A DNA stretch of 64,000 nucleotides from an uncultured delta proteobacterium (GCA_963747645.1 CAVVFW010000003.1:2764-66763), one strand, 5' to 3'. Numbered from the stretch's first letter, positions 1-11,965 are shown. The notes: generated by a model from the sequence alone, not told the origin. Translations and numbers: made by a program.

Positions 1-1
1 C

Positions 2-334
2 CCTGGAGCCATCGTGGTAGTGAGCCACTCCCTGGGCCTGGACCCCCGGGAGTTGGACCGGGCCCTGATGATCATCGGCAAGCGCCCCTTCAAGGTTCGG
101 CTGGACCCCATGGGCTACTTTCGGATTACCCTGGACGGCAAGGAAATCCTGGTGGAGCACCGCTTCGAGGACGTCACCCTGAGGGAGTACCGGGGCAACA
201 CCGCGGTATACCTGCAGCACCAGATTGCCCGGGACGTGGCCCTCTCGGATATCAACCACGCCATCTACCTGGGGCGCCAGCTGGCCAAGGCCGAGATGGC
301 CCTGAAGACTGGCCGGGAGTTCGTGCAGGATTAG
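2..334 (+). CDS. 3' part of a gene cut by the window edge; C-terminal DUF4346-like domain
   Basis: The frame is open from base 2, upstream of listed ORF 14..334. The pattern LDPMGYF.I.LD..EI.VEH ... HAIYLGRQLAKAE resembles DUF4346 as I recall it. Recall-based only. Confidence 0.4.
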   Translation, partial: PGAIVVVSHSLGLDPRELDRALMIIGKRPFKVRLDPMGYFRITLDGKEILVEHRFEDVTLREYRGNTAVYLQHQIARDVALSDINHAIYLGRQLAKAEMALKTGREFVQD

Positions 335-406
335 CGGCCAGTAGTCAGCTTTCAGCTAAACAGTCATGTCCGGAGAATGTGCCACCCCTGAATTGCACGC
401 TCCTGT

Positions 407-431
407 AGGGGCGGGTTTTAAACCCGCCCCT
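407..431. repeat. REP-like GC hairpin (AGGGGCGGGTTT-T-AAACCCGCCCCT)
   Basis: Perfect 12-nt inverted repeat read directly, preceded by CTGT. The same TGTAGGGGCG...CGCCCC theme recurs at 2408, 17614 and 63282. Confidence 0.8.
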
Positions 432-551
432 GCCAGAGACTTTAACGGTAAAGCCCACGGCTCCCCAACCAACCCATGGAGCGGTCCCGGCAGCCAATCT
501 CCCGCCGGTGACGATAAGTTCGATGCCTAACCTTCCCTAGCCGGATCAGCC

Positions 552-1137
552 ATGCCCCCAGCCCCCGAACTCCAAAGCAGATTCATGGAATTTATGGTGG
601 AGCACAACCGGCCCCGGATGGACGGGTTTAAGCGCTGGGTCTTCCACCCGGGCATGCTGTTTAGGGCTCCGGGGAAATGGTGGGGGGACCGGGGCGCCAG
701 GTCTACTCCGCATGAAGGCCTGGACCTGTATCGTTTTGAAGATGCCGGCGGCCTTGCAAAAACCGTGGATCAGCATACCAAAATCCCCGGCGGCCTTTGC
801 CGGTCACATCGTCAAGATCGACCGGGATTTTCTGGGCAGGTCCATCTTTATGAGCCACGCCATCTTTACGGCCGACGGCCGGCAGCTTTTGTCGGCGTTT
901 GGCCACACCCTTCCCCGGGAGTCGCTGAAAATCGGCGACCATGTGGCCGCCGGGGAGATGATCGCCACCATCTCGGGCTCTATTGGCCCAAAAACCGCCC
1001 TGGCGCCGCATGTGCACCTTACTTTTGCCTGGGCGCCGGTCCCCCTGCCCCTGGAACGGCTTGACTGGAAAACCCTGGCTGCTGATCCCGGGATAACGCT
1101 CATTGACCCGCTCCCGGTGATTTCGCTCCCTCTATGA
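552..1137 (+). pseudogene. M23/LytM family metallopeptidase, reading frame broken near 786-792
   Basis: ORF 552..1064 carries the HxxxD motif (PHEGLDLY). ORF 712..1137, one frame over, carries the HxH motif (PHVHLTF). Joining at TKIP|AAFAGHIVKID restores a normal M23 domain. The break lies in an AAAA/CCCC run. Confidence 0.7.
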
Positions 1138-1488
1138 AGGGCCGGGGTGCCCCAGCAGGGCGCAGCCTTCGATAAGCTGATGGGAAATCCCCTAGTTCCC
1201 AGCCTGGGTAGTTTTTCATGGAGGCCGTTGTTACTATTCGTAAAATTCGCTAAGGCGGACTTCTGTGCTCCACCAGACTTCCCTCACCGGCTGAAAACCC
1301 TCTCCCCCCGGAAGAATTGAAAAAGGCACCGGGTAAGGTGAGTTTCAGGATCACTTATGGTGCATAAAATGCTCCCTCTTTCCCCGCGGGACTTTTCATG
1401 GGTTTCTGCAATTTTCCCCCTTTGCTAAGGGGAAGGGGGGATTTCTTAGGGTGCAGGTTAATAAAAGTAATCTATAAGCAAGGCTCTG

Positions 1489-2223
1489 ATGAATATCCAG
1501 AGAAAACGCCATTTGGAACCTATCGCCAGCTATCGCTTGATTCTCATCGGCACGGTCCACGGCGACCCCCGGGGCCAGGCCCGGGCCGGGGCACTCCTCA
1601 ACCACCTGGGACCGGACCTGGTAACTGTGGAGATCAGCCCCTTTTCCTTACGCTATCGCCGGCAGCATGGGGCCCGGTGGCAGCAACAGCTGGCCGGCGG
1701 CCTGGCCAAACTGCCGGAGGGCGCGGCCCTGCACCTGGCCATCCAGCGCCTGGCGGCCCAGGTGGCCATGCCCTTCGAGGTCCGGGCCGCCCAGGATTAC
1801 AGCCGGAAAGCCGGCGTCCCCTGGCGCCCCCTGGATCTGGGCTTTGTGTCCAGGCGGCACCTGCCGCGCTTTGGGCCGGAGCTCCTGAGCCCGGCAAATC
1901 TCAAGGCCTTGCTCACCACCCCTGACGGCGAGCTTAAAGATTTTGTGGCCGCGGAATTCCGCCGGGCCCGGCTGGCCTGGGGCCGAGCCCCCCGGCGGCC
2001 CATCTCTCCCGGGGCCTCCGAGACCGGGCGACGGGAAAGCTTCCTGGCTCGCAGGCTCCGGGCCCTCACCTCCCGGCATCGCCGGGTGGTCCACCTGGGC
2101 GGCTGGGAGCACCTGGTGGCCTGGGAGGATTCTCCCGGCCTGTGGGGTGATTTGGCGGATCTGCAGCCGGGGCGGCTGCTCCTGGACGAGGCGGACCGGC
2201 TGCCGGGCTCCTCAGGTGCCTAG
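1489..2223 (+). CDS. hypothetical protein, weak TraB/GumN-like resemblance
   Basis: 244-aa ORF with host-like codon usage. LILIGTVHGDP near the N terminus and RRVVHLGGWEHL near the C terminus resemble TraB-family motifs. Similarity judged by eye. Confidence 0.35.
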   Translation: MNIQRKRHLEPIASYRLILIGTVHGDPRGQARAGALLNHLGPDLVTVEISPFSLRYRRQHGARWQQQLAGGLAKLPEGAALHLAIQRLAAQVAMPFEVRAAQDYSRKAGVPWRPLDLGFVSRRHLPRFGPELLSPANLKALLTTPDGELKDFVAAEFRRARLAWGRAPRRPISPGASETGRRESFLARRLRALTSRHRRVVHLGGWEHLVAWEDSPGLWGDLADLQPGRLLLDEADRLPGSSGA

Positions 2224-2407
2224 AATCTGGGTTGCTGTCTGCTGGTTTGAAAAGTTCAAGGTTCAAAGTTAGGGGTAGGCCCATCGGGAGGTTCCTCCCG
2301 GAGAAGTGTTTTCAGGTCCGGAGCATAGTTTTCCAGGGCACTAAAAGCCGCAGGGCGCGTCTTATACCAAGTTGCGCTCATATAAGTAAGAATATCCATG
2401 ACCTGTA

Positions 2408-2461
2408 GGGGCGCACCTGCGTGTGCGCCCTCAACCCAGGGCGGACACATAGGTCCGCCCT
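2408..2461. repeat. two tandem REP-like GC hairpins
   Basis: GGGCGCAC-ctgcgt-GTGCGCCC at 2409..2430 and AGGGCGGAC-acatag-GTCCGCCCT at 2438..2461. The first is preceded by CTGTAG. Confidence 0.8.
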
Positions 2462-2769
2462 ACAAAAGCTAAATTACCTGTTTGATCTCATCTTGGTATT
2501 ACGCTCCATTCTTGGTGCGTAAGACGCCTCCTCGTAAGGGAAATTACCTTTTTACGAGGAAATTGGTGGTGGGCCGCGGCTTTATAAAAATTATCGCGTA
2601 GCACCGCGCACCTCTGGCCGGTCCACTAACGGGCGCGGCGTCCGCCCGCCCCCCGGATTTTTCATGAGTGCCAGGCGGGGCCGGGAGCCCGGCAGGAATG
2701 AAGGGCGCTACGGACAACTACTTGATTATTTGATTAAATTTCGGGAAGGTCGCCTCTCCTAAAAATTAA

Positions 2770-3522
2770 GTGCTTGAGTTTATGAAGGAAAACAGGGTAA
2801 ACTTTTCCCCGATTAACGAAGCTGTTTTTTCCCGAGCGCGACGAGAGACAGATATGGAAATTCATCCCTTTACGTTGCCGGTGGGACCGGAGCGGACTAT
2901 TAGCGCTTCCCTGGGGGTACCCCGGAGCACCACCATGGACGGGGTCCTGGTCCTGGCCCACGGGGCCAAGAACAACATGGACCAGCCTCTCCTCAAAGGG
3001 CTGCATGAGCGCCTGGCCCGGGCCGGCTTGGTCACGGTACGTTTCAATTTTCCTTATGCCGAGGTCGGCCGCAAGTGGCCCGACCGGGACGAAGCCCTGG
3101 AAGGGGTATTCCGCCTGGTCCTGGAGTATGTGGCGGAAATGGACGAACTTAAGGGGTTGGCTCTTTATCTGGGGGGCAAATCCATGGGGGCCCGCCTGGC
3201 CGCCCAGATCGTGGCCAAAGACGTGGGCGCCAGCGGCCTGGTCTTCCTGGGCTATCCGCTCCACTCCCCGGGGAAACCGGAGCAGCTCAGGGATCAACCC
3301 CTCTATCAGTTGCCCTGCCCGGCGCTGTTCATTGAGGGCGCCCGGGACCCCTTTTGCCGGATGGATCTGCTGGGGAAAGTCCTGGGCCAGATGCCGGTGC
3401 GGAGCGATCTCCACGTCATCCCCGGTGTAGGCCATTCCTTTGAGTCCGGCGGCCGCGCCATGGCTCCGGAGGTGCTGGCCCAGATCACCCGGGTGATCCT
3501 GGGCTGGCTGGGCAGTCTATAA
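2770..3522 (+). CDS. alpha/beta-fold hydrolase (KANL3/Tex30 or dienelactone-hydrolase-like)
   Basis: Contains VLVLAHGAKNNMD, GGKSMGAR (nucleophile elbow) and a C-terminal GVGHSF. Start uncertain: alternative ATGs at 2782 and 2854. Confidence 0.7.
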   Translation: MLEFMKENRVNFSPINEAVFSRARRETDMEIHPFTLPVGPERTISASLGVPRSTTMDGVLVLAHGAKNNMDQPLLKGLHERLARAGLVTVRFNFPYAEVGRKWPDRDEALEGVFRLVLEYVAEMDELKGLALYLGGKSMGARLAAQIVAKDVGASGLVFLGYPLHSPGKPEQLRDQPLYQLPCPALFIEGARDPFCRMDLLGKVLGQMPVRSDLHVIPGVGHSFESGGRAMAPEVLAQITRVILGWLGSL

Positions 3523-3654
3523 TAAGGGTAAAGGGAAAAGGGCAAAGAGGGAACCCACTGAGAGTGTTTGATCCGGCTTTTCCCCTTTTCGCCCCAACGT
3601 GATAAGCTGCAGGTAGTTTCATCCACTGATGAGTATTGAACAGGCACATTATTT

Positions 3655-5022
<1,368 letters not shown>

Positions 5023-5023
5023 G

Positions 5024-5902
5024 ATGGCCGGGCTCAACTTCCTGGACCTGAGGTCATTGCCGGTCAAAGAAGCCGAAGCGGTGATCCTGCCTATTCCCTA
5101 TGAAGCCACCACCACCTACGGGGCCGGCACCCGGGGCGGCCCGGAGGCCATTCTGGCCGCCTCCCGCCAGGTGGAGTTGTGGGACGAGGACTATGACTGG
5201 GACCCCTCGGCCGCTATCCGCCTGGCCACCGCCGCCCCCATCTTGGCCGAGGTCTCGGGCCCTGGGGCCATGGTGGAGAAAATCAAGCGGATCGTCCAGC
5301 CCTGGATCTCCCAGGGGAAACTCATCTGCGCCCTGGGGGGCGAACACACCATCACCGTGGCCCTGCTCCAGGCCATGCAGACCCGCTACCCGGACCTGAC
5401 GGTGGTGGCCCTGGACGCCCACGCCGACCTGCGGGAGAGCTACGACGGCAGCAAACTCTCCCATGCCTGCGTCATGCGCCGGGCCTATGAACTGGGGCGG
5501 CCCCTCACCCTCATGGGGGTGCGCAGCTACTCCCAGGACGACTACCAGCTCCTCCGGGTGGCGCCGCGCCTCAAAGTCTTCAAGGCCCGGGAACTGCACA
5601 CCCCGGCGGGGTGGGATAAGGCCCTGGAGCACCTGAAGGGCATAGCGGGGCCGGTGTATCTCTCCATGGACCTGGACGCCCTGGACCCCGGCATCATGCC
5701 GGCGGTAGGCACCCCGGAACCCGGCGGTTTTTCATACGGCCAGGTATTGACCATCATAGAAATCCTGGCGAAAAGGGGCCCCATCATCGGCCTGGACCTG
5801 GTGGAACTGGCCCCCATCCCCGGACACACCGTCAGCGAATTCACCGCGGCCCGGCTGCTTTATAAGGCGCTGGGGTATATTTATCACTCGCGCTTGAAAT
5901 GA
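5024..5902 (+). CDS. speB: agmatinase / ureohydrolase family
   Basis: Mn-binding motifs GGEHTIT, LDAHADL, SMDLDALDP and GLDLVE. The ATG lies 2 nt after the regulator stop codon. Confidence 0.85.
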   Translation: MAGLNFLDLRSLPVKEAEAVILPIPYEATTTYGAGTRGGPEAILAASRQVELWDEDYDWDPSAAIRLATAAPILAEVSGPGAMVEKIKRIVQPWISQGKLICALGGEHTITVALLQAMQTRYPDLTVVALDAHADLRESYDGSKLSHACVMRRAYELGRPLTLMGVRSYSQDDYQLLRVAPRLKVFKARELHTPAGWDKALEHLKGIAGPVYLSMDLDALDPGIMPAVGTPEPGGFSYGQVLTIIEILAKRGPIIGLDLVELAPIPGHTVSEFTAARLLYKALGYIYHSRLK

Positions 5903-6065
5903 TGGTATTTAGTTTTCAGTTTTCTGTAATAGAGCGGGGGGTATGGGGCTTTTTGGATGGGAGAATTTAAGACACGTTACACCTTAAGGAAGCCCCCATT
6001 TGATTTGATAAAAGTGAAAAAACCCAGCAGTGTCAGGTGAGGAAATTGCATTCGGTGGTTCTGCC

Positions 6066-6203
6066 CCCCTCACCCCAACCCTCTCCCCCCGAAGCGGCGG
6101 GAGAGGGAGTAGGAGATGTCGCGGGTTTAGTAACTATAAATCATGAAATGAGTTCCACTTTTTCCCCTCTCCCCTGATGGGGGAGAGGGTCAGGGTGAGG
6201 GGG
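6066..6203. repeat. inverted pair of CTCACCC..CCCTCTCCC-loop-GGGAGAGGG elements
   Basis: Copy 1 at 6066..6108 and reverse-oriented copy 2 at 6164..6203. Each contains its own hairpin. Related copies occur at 21438..21544 and, partially, at 1281..1313. Confidence 0.75.
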
Positions 6204-6357
6204 AAGTAATCTTCTCGGAGAAAAAAGTGGGTTCGCACATCTAGGCATGGTTGGACGGCGTATAACGAGCATCCCGCTTTGCCAAAACCAAACTGGACAC
6301 TGCTGGAAAAAACCAGAGACCAAACTGAAAACCGAAAACCGAAAACAGGATTCTAAC

Positions 6358-7438
6358 ATGCGTCGCAAACACGAAGACTTTCACGACGGGGCCCAAGACG
6401 GTCTGACCCCTTTGGAGCCCCTGGATATCACGAGCATCCATGATTTTGACGAGCTCCTGGCCGCCATGGGCCAGACCGCCTTCGGCGGCCGCAGCCTGGG
6501 GGAGGCCGCCGAGGTCCTGACCCGGATGGTGCGGGACCCGGAGTGCGCCGTGGTCGGCACCTTTTCCGGGGCCATGAGTGTCGCCAAGATGGGATTGCTC
6601 ATCTGTGAGATGATCGACCGGGGTTGGCTCAAGGTGGTCATTACCACCGGGGCCCTCATCGCCCACGGGTTTATCGAGACCCTGGGCCGGGCGCACTACA
6701 AGTACCCGGAACAGGTATCGGACCGGCAGCTCTACCAGCAGGGCTACAACCGCATTTATGACACCCTGGAGATGGAAGCCAACCTGGATTACGCCGAAGA
6801 CGTGTTCCGCAATGTGTTGGCTGGATTGGACCCCGAGGCGGTCTGGTCCTCAAGCCAGCATCTGCCGGGAGTTGGGCAAGTACCTGGCGGAACAGAGCGA
6901 CAGCCCCGGGATCTTGCGCTCCGCTTATTTGAAGGGGGTGCCGGTGTTCATCCCGGCCTTCACGGATTCAGAATTGGGCCTGGACCTGGCGGGCTTCATG
7001 GTGCGGCAGGCCCTGGCGGAGGGTAAGGACATCGCCGCGGCCCTGGGGTCGGTTTCCCTGAAGTTTAACCCTTTCCTGGACCTGAGCGCTTATGCCCAAA
7101 AGGCCCTGGAGACTCCGAAACTGGGAATCTTTACCGTGGGCGGCGGCGTCCCCCGGAACTGGGCCCAGCAGGTGGCGCCCTACCTGGATTTGCTGCAAAC
7201 CCGCCTGAACCTGGATCTGCCGGAAGTGCGGTTTCACTACGGCGTACGGCTCTGCCCCGAGCCCGCCCACTGGGGGGGCTTGAGCGGCTGCACCTTCAAG
7301 GAAGGGGTCTCCTGGGGCAAGTTTGTCTCTTTCGAAGATGGCGGCCGTTACGCCGAGGTCCTGTGCGACGCCACCATCGCCTGGCCGCTCCTCCTCAAAG
7401 GCGTCAGCCAGCGTCTGGATAAGGCGCCAACGGCTTAA
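6358..7438 (+). pseudogene. deoxyhypusine synthase-like protein, frame broken near 6859
   Basis: ORF 6247..7026 (from ATG 6358) and ORF 6758..7438 are the N and C halves of one DHS-family protein. Skipping c6859 gives ...EAVWSSSQ|ICRELGKYLAEQSD... The C half has GGGVPRNW and WGKF. Confidence 0.7.
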
Positions 7439-7458
7439 CCCGACTCCGGCAAGATCTC

Positions 7459-7584
7459 TCAGGACGGGCCGGAGCCCAGGACCGCAATACCGGCGACTAT
7501 CACCATGAAAAGCAGCACGGCCCACAGCGCCAGCTTCGCAGTGTCGACTCCCGAGATGCCCTTCACCAATTTTGTGTAGTCCAT
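7459..7584 (-). CDS. possible 41-aa single-TM small protein
   Basis: My own translation: MDYTKLVKGISGVDTAKLALWAVLLFMVIVAGIAVLGSGPS. It is below the ORF-track cutoff and has only a weak SD. Confidence 0.25.
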   Translation of the reverse strand: MDYTKLVKGISGVDTAKLALWAVLLFMVIVAGIAVLGSGPS

Positions 7585-7744
7585 AGCACACCCTGTAGGT
7601 CTGGTTTATTTACCCTGATCATATGACTGGCGGCTAAGCCTGACAATTGGGGATTTTCCTAATTTTGGGGACTAAATTCCTGAATTTATCTTAGGTATTA
7701 GGCAGAGAAGGGGAGGGGCCATCTACCTGAGGTCCCCAGGGAGA

Positions 7745-8389
7745 TTAATCGCCGGGGGACGGGGGCAGACTGCCGCACGAGACGCAACTGCAGAGCTTTT
7801 CTGTCTTTAAGGTGTGATAGCCCTCCCGGATCAGGAGGGCGACGATCACCAACCCGATGCCGGGGTCGGCCTGCCAGATGCCGAACCAATAATTGAGCCC
7901 CAGGCCGATGAGCAGGGCCACGGACAGCATGGCGCAGGCCAGGGTCTGCTTGGAGTCGGCCATGAGGCTGGCGCTGCCCAGGGATTTCCCCGTCCGGTAC
8001 TTGAGGGCGAACAACCCGGGCATGACGATGATGGAGGCCAGGGCGATGCCAATGCCCAGCAGGGTGGGGGCGGGGGCCTCCTGGAAGATTAATTTCTCCA
8101 AAGATTCATAGAGCACGTAAGCCGCCAGGACGAAGAAGGTGTACCCGACGATCTTGACGGCCCGGCGTTCCAGGCGCTCTTCCTCGGCGGCGCTCAGGGT
8201 GTCGTGCCGGGAGAACCGCCAGATCATCACCCCGCCGGACAAAGACTCCACCAGGCTGTCCAGCCCAAAGCCCACCAGGGCGATGCTCCCGGCCAGGGAG
8301 CCGGCCACCAGGGCCAGGCCGCATTCCACCACGTTGTAGGCAATGGTGAAGTAGGATAAGCGCAGAGCTTGACGATGCAGATTGCTCAT
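7745..8389 (-). CDS. cation-efflux (CDF-like) membrane protein, transmembrane domain only
   Basis: Several hydrophobic helices with the Asp/Glu pairs typical of CDF TM domains (GFGLDSLVES, LMADSKQT). Ends in CSCVSCG. Start taken at ATG 8389 (MSNLHRQ). Confidence 0.55.
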   Translation of the reverse strand: MSNLHRQALRLSYFTIAYNVVECGLALVAGSLAGSIALVGFGLDSLVESLSGGVMIWRFSRHDTLSAAEEERLERRAVKIVGYTFFVLAAYVLYESLEKLIFQEAPAPTLLGIGIALASIIVMPGLFALKYRTGKSLGSASLMADSKQTLACAMLSVALLIGLGLNYWFGIWQADPGIGLVIVALLIREGYHTLKTEKLCSCVSCGSLPPSPGD

Positions 8390-8510
8390 AAGAGAACTTA
8401 TAGGGCGGGCTGTGCCCGCCGAATCAGGGCTGCCAGGGTCCGCCCTCTCGGTTTTTCGCTGAATCAATAAACGCCTTCAGCGGGGTAGGGGGCGCACTGC
8501 GCACCAGGGT

Positions 8511-9269
8511 TTATGGCTCTCGGGAAAAAATAAACGCCTTCAGGCGGTCAAAATAAGCCTGGCCCCCCACCCCATAGACGTCGTTGTGGTGAGCCCCGGG
8601 GATGATGTAGAGGTCCTTGGGCGAGTTGGCCGCGGCAAAGAGTCGCCGGCCCATGGCCACGGGGATGACCTCGTCGTCGGAGCCGTGGACGATGAGCACC
8701 GGCACCTTTACTTTATCAATTTTCCCCAGGTTGTCATAGGGCATCGTGGGGCGCCAGTCGAACAGGAAGGGGGCGAGCATCTTGGCCATGTCAGAGGAGT
8801 TGGTGAAGGCCGACTCCAGGATCAGGGCCCGGCAGGGTTTTTGGACGGCCAGGTCCGTGGCCAGGGCAGTGCCCAGGGAGCGGCCGAACAGGACAATGTC
8901 GTGGCCGGGCATCCCCCGGGTCTCGGCCACGTAGCAGTAGGCCGCGGCCGCGTCCAGAAAGGTGCCCTCCCGGCTGATGCGGCCCTGGGAGCGGCCGTAT
9001 TCCCGGTAATCGAAGATAAAGACCTGGACCCCCGCCAGGTCGTGGAGCAGCTTGATATTTTCCAGGCGGTGGCTGATGTTGCCGGCGTTGCCGTGAAACC
9101 ACACCAGGACCGGGGCCCCGGCCCGGGGCACCCACCAGCCGTGGAGTTTTACGCCATCGGCGGCTTCAAAGAAGACGTCCTCGTATGCCAACCCGAAGTC
9201 CGCCGGGGTGCCGGCGAGATCGGAGTCAGGGAAGAAGACGATACCCTTTTCGGAATATTCCAGAATCAT
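8511..9269 (-). CDS. alpha/beta hydrolase (BEM46/ABHD13-like)
   Basis: Contains HGNAGN, GRSLGTA (GxSxG), HGSDDEVIP and a C-terminal HH. Confidence 0.8.
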   Translation of the reverse strand: MILEYSEKGIVFFPDSDLAGTPADFGLAYEDVFFEAADGVKLHGWWVPRAGAPVLVWFHGNAGNISHRLENIKLLHDLAGVQVFIFDYREYGRSQGRISREGTFLDAAAAYCYVAETRGMPGHDIVLFGRSLGTALATDLAVQKPCRALILESAFTNSSDMAKMLAPFLFDWRPTMPYDNLGKIDKVKVPVLIVHGSDDEVIPVAMGRRLFAAANSPKDLYIIPGAHHNDVYGVGGQAYFDRLKAFIFSREP

Positions 9270-9678
9270 GGCGGCCTTGTATCCGTAGTCTCAGTTTCCG
9301 GCCAGTCCGAAAGTTTAGATCACGCGAGGCGCATCCAATTAATTTGTCTTCTCTAAGAGGCGGACCTGCGTGTTGGTCCTGGATGAGGGGGGCAGACGCG
9401 GGTGCGCCCCTGCATAAGAACTTGAAACCTCTGCGCAAAGCATTTTGTCATCCTGAGTGGAGCGAAGGATCTCGTATTTTCTTGTAGTTGTGAGATTCTT
9501 CGGTCGCTCCACTCCCTCAGAATGACAGGTTAGGGGACTTTAGCAGGGGTCTCGACTCGCTATCAGTCCTCAAAAGCCCCCATAAGAAAGGATATACCTG
9601 ATGGTATACCCTTTTCCCTGGAGACACAAAAAAATAATCAGGGATTGCCTTCGGCAAAGAAAGTGCCCCCGGTCAGGC

Positions 9679-10647
9679 TCAGCTCATCAGGAACCCCACA
9701 ATGTAGCGCAGGGCCAGGGCCGAGATGACCACCCCCAGGCCGATGCGAATGAGCTTGGCGGAGAAGAATTTCTGGAGGCGGGCCCCGATGTACATGCCGG
9801 CGAAACCGCCGATGCCGAACAGCGCCCCCAGGGCCCAGTCCGGGGCCACCGGCCCGATATTGGGGTAGAAAGGGGCGATTACGGAGTAAAAGCTCACCCC
9901 GGCCACCGAGGTGAGGAAGGTGCCCATCAGGGCTGCGCCCGCGATGGTGTAGATGGGGAGTTCGAAGATGGCCGCCAGGAAGGGGGCGATGATGGCGCCG
10001 CCGCCGATGCCGTAGGTGCCGCCGATGAGCCCGACCACCAGGGCCAGGGCGAACAGGGCCGGGGCGCTGAAGGTGAAGGTCTCCCCTAAAAATTCATAGC
10101 TGACCCTTCTCAAACTCCAACTGATGGTCTTGACCCGGGCGGCCGCGGGCAGACCCCGGCCGGTGGTGTGCCCCGACTCCGCCAGGACCTTCTTCAAGCG
10201 CTCCTGGACCCGGGCCTCGAACTCCAGGATCTTGCCCTTCTTGCGCTTGGCCCGGGGAGTCTGCTCATAGAGCAGGCGCAGGCCGATATAGAGGAGCACG
10301 CAGCCCACGAAGAGCTTGAAATTTTTCGGGTCGAGCATCCAGTTGACCCGGATGAGGGCCCCGGCGAAGATGCCCGGAAGCGTCCCCAGGATCACCACCC
10401 AGGTCAGCGGCCAGTTCATCCGGCCTTCCCGGATGTAGCGGTAGACCCCGGAAGGGATGGCCACGATGTTGAAAACCAGGTTGGTGGGGGAAACTGCCGG
10501 GCTGGTGAAGTTGAGGATGCTCACCTGGAAGGGCAGCAGCAGGAAAGCCCCGGAGACCCCGCCCATGGAGGTGAAGGTGGAGACCAGCAGGGCAATGAGA
10601 GGCGGAATGAACGGGTTGACTTCCACGCCGGACACGGGAAAGAGCAT
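9679..10647 (-). CDS. TauE/SafE (TSUP) family anion exporter with a long charged central loop
   Basis: Two 4-TM halves with PxGG-type motifs (GGVSGAFLLLP, GGTYGIGGGAIIAP). Start taken at ATG 10647. Confidence 0.75.
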   Translation of the reverse strand: MLFPVSGVEVNPFIPPLIALLVSTFTSMGGVSGAFLLLPFQVSILNFTSPAVSPTNLVFNIVAIPSGVYRYIREGRMNWPLTWVVILGTLPGIFAGALIRVNWMLDPKNFKLFVGCVLLYIGLRLLYEQTPRAKRKKGKILEFEARVQERLKKVLAESGHTTGRGLPAAARVKTISWSLRRVSYEFLGETFTFSAPALFALALVVGLIGGTYGIGGGAIIAPFLAAIFELPIYTIAGAALMGTFLTSVAGVSFYSVIAPFYPNIGPVAPDWALGALFGIGGFAGMYIGARLQKFFSAKLIRIGLGVVISALALRYIVGFLMS

Positions 10648-10843
10648 AAACCCACCTCTTGTGTAATTTTTCACAAGATTAGCCAAAATTGGTACCGCTG
10701 TCAAGGAAAATTTCGGGGGCAGGGGGCAGGGGGACCAGGGGGCGAGGCTTACTTTCCTCATTACCAGTTACTTGCCGATCGTCCTGGGTATCAGATCTTA
10801 GCATCGCCCCAAGATAGAGGAAACCTCTCTCGGCGAAATCCCG

Positions 10844-11491
10844 CTAAGAGGAACCAAAACGGTAGGATTGGATGGCTTCCTCCACCCGTTTCTTCACGGC
10901 CTCCGGGACCAGTTCCTCTTCCAGTTGCGCGAGCAGCTTCCGTTCCACAAAAAATGATTTGAGAAAGAGTTTGATGGCCATGCCAATGCTGGCGATACCC
11001 GTCAGGAGGATAACCCCATCGATGATGGACCAGTAGCCCAAACCGAACATGCGGGTGAAGACAGTTCCAATCGCGATCAAGGTCAGGCCGGTCCTTAAAT
11101 AAGAAAGTTCCGTGCGCTGCTTGGCCAGAATAGTGCGGTATTGGGCTAAGTTGGTGCGAGACTGGGCCAAGCCGGTCCGGGCCCCGCTCATGCGGGTACG
11201 GACTTCGCCGAGCTTGCTGCCCATCTCGGCTCTTTTGGTGCGTTCCCGGGACCACTCGGTGCGGCGTCGGGACATGTCAGTCCTTTCCGCCGACAGTTCG
11301 GTACGCTTTTGCGAGAACTGGTTGCGCAGATAGGCCAGGAGATTCCTTTCCTCCGCCAGGAGAGTGGTTAATAGGGCCAACTTGGTACGGTCTTCGACCA
11401 GGGGCTCAAGCTTCTTGCCCCTTTCATCCACGGCCTTAAGGAATTCTTCCCCTTCCAGGATAAAGAGGTATGTGGTTTTATCGTCACTCAT
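10844..11491 (-). CDS. DUF202/YidH-like membrane protein with an expanded RT heptad-repeat region
   Basis: C-terminal ERT/RT..L motifs followed by two TM helices, as in DUF202. Arg recurs every 7 residues over about 100 aa. Confidence 0.6.
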   Translation of the reverse strand: MSDDKTTYLFILEGEEFLKAVDERGKKLEPLVEDRTKLALLTTLLAEERNLLAYLRNQFSQKRTELSAERTDMSRRRTEWSRERTKRAEMGSKLGEVRTRMSGARTGLAQSRTNLAQYRTILAKQRTELSYLRTGLTLIAIGTVFTRMFGLGYWSIIDGVILLTGIASIGMAIKLFLKSFFVERKLLAQLEEELVPEAVKKRVEEAIQSYRFGSS

Positions 11492-11930
11492 AGTAAACTC
11501 GATTATTCGTAGTTAAGTCGTTCCCCCGGCAGATGGGGGACGTAATTATGTAATTATAATACCAAATATTAGGGCCTCTAGCCTATACCTAATTTCCTGA
11601 CCTGGAAATCCCGGCACTGGGCCCAGGGTGCCAGGAAGGTAATTATGGCCTAGTCACGAGAATTGCGCATATGATCTCTTTACCGGGGGCCTGCATCTGT
11701 GGGGGAATGATTTTAGTTGTGGGTGACAGGGAAGCGCCTGAATACCGGCGTGAACGACAGGATTTTTTCACGTCGCAAAGCATAGATATGGCCTGGATAT
11801 ACGAGGTTTTTGGCCGCGTGTTACGTATCGGATCATAGCGGTTTTCAGTCCATTGGCCGGACAGAGCGCGAAATGTTCTCAAAAATGTGTTTCGTGAATT
11901 TTTATGGGAAATTAACCTATTAAGGTAAAA

Positions 11931-11959
11931 TTGACATTGTCATAAACTTGCGTTATTAT
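11931..11959 (+). promoter_or_regulatory. near-consensus sigma-70 promoter
   Basis: TTGACA (11931..11936), 17-nt spacer, TATTAT (11954..11959), in an AT-rich intergenic region. Confidence 0.6.
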
Positions 11960-11965
11960 GAATTA

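Noticed and set aside
552-1137. Treating 552..1064 and 712..1137 as two overlapping genes. The same question applies to the other split pairs: DHS, hemerythrin, kinase, ADH, hydrolase, PEP-CTERM and GT39.
   Set aside because: Each pair carries complementary halves of one conserved domain, for example HxxxD in one frame and HxH in the other. The out-of-frame tails are junk sequence. A single broken gene is therefore the simpler reading.
6320-6350. Short tandem heptamers (GAAAACC at 6325..6348, its inverted relative at 5911..5926, and GTTCAAA at 30019..30066) as a CRISPR or minisatellite array.
   Set aside because: The repeat units are 7 nt with no spacers, only 2 to 3 copies occur, and no cas genes are present. 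This is not CRISPR-like.
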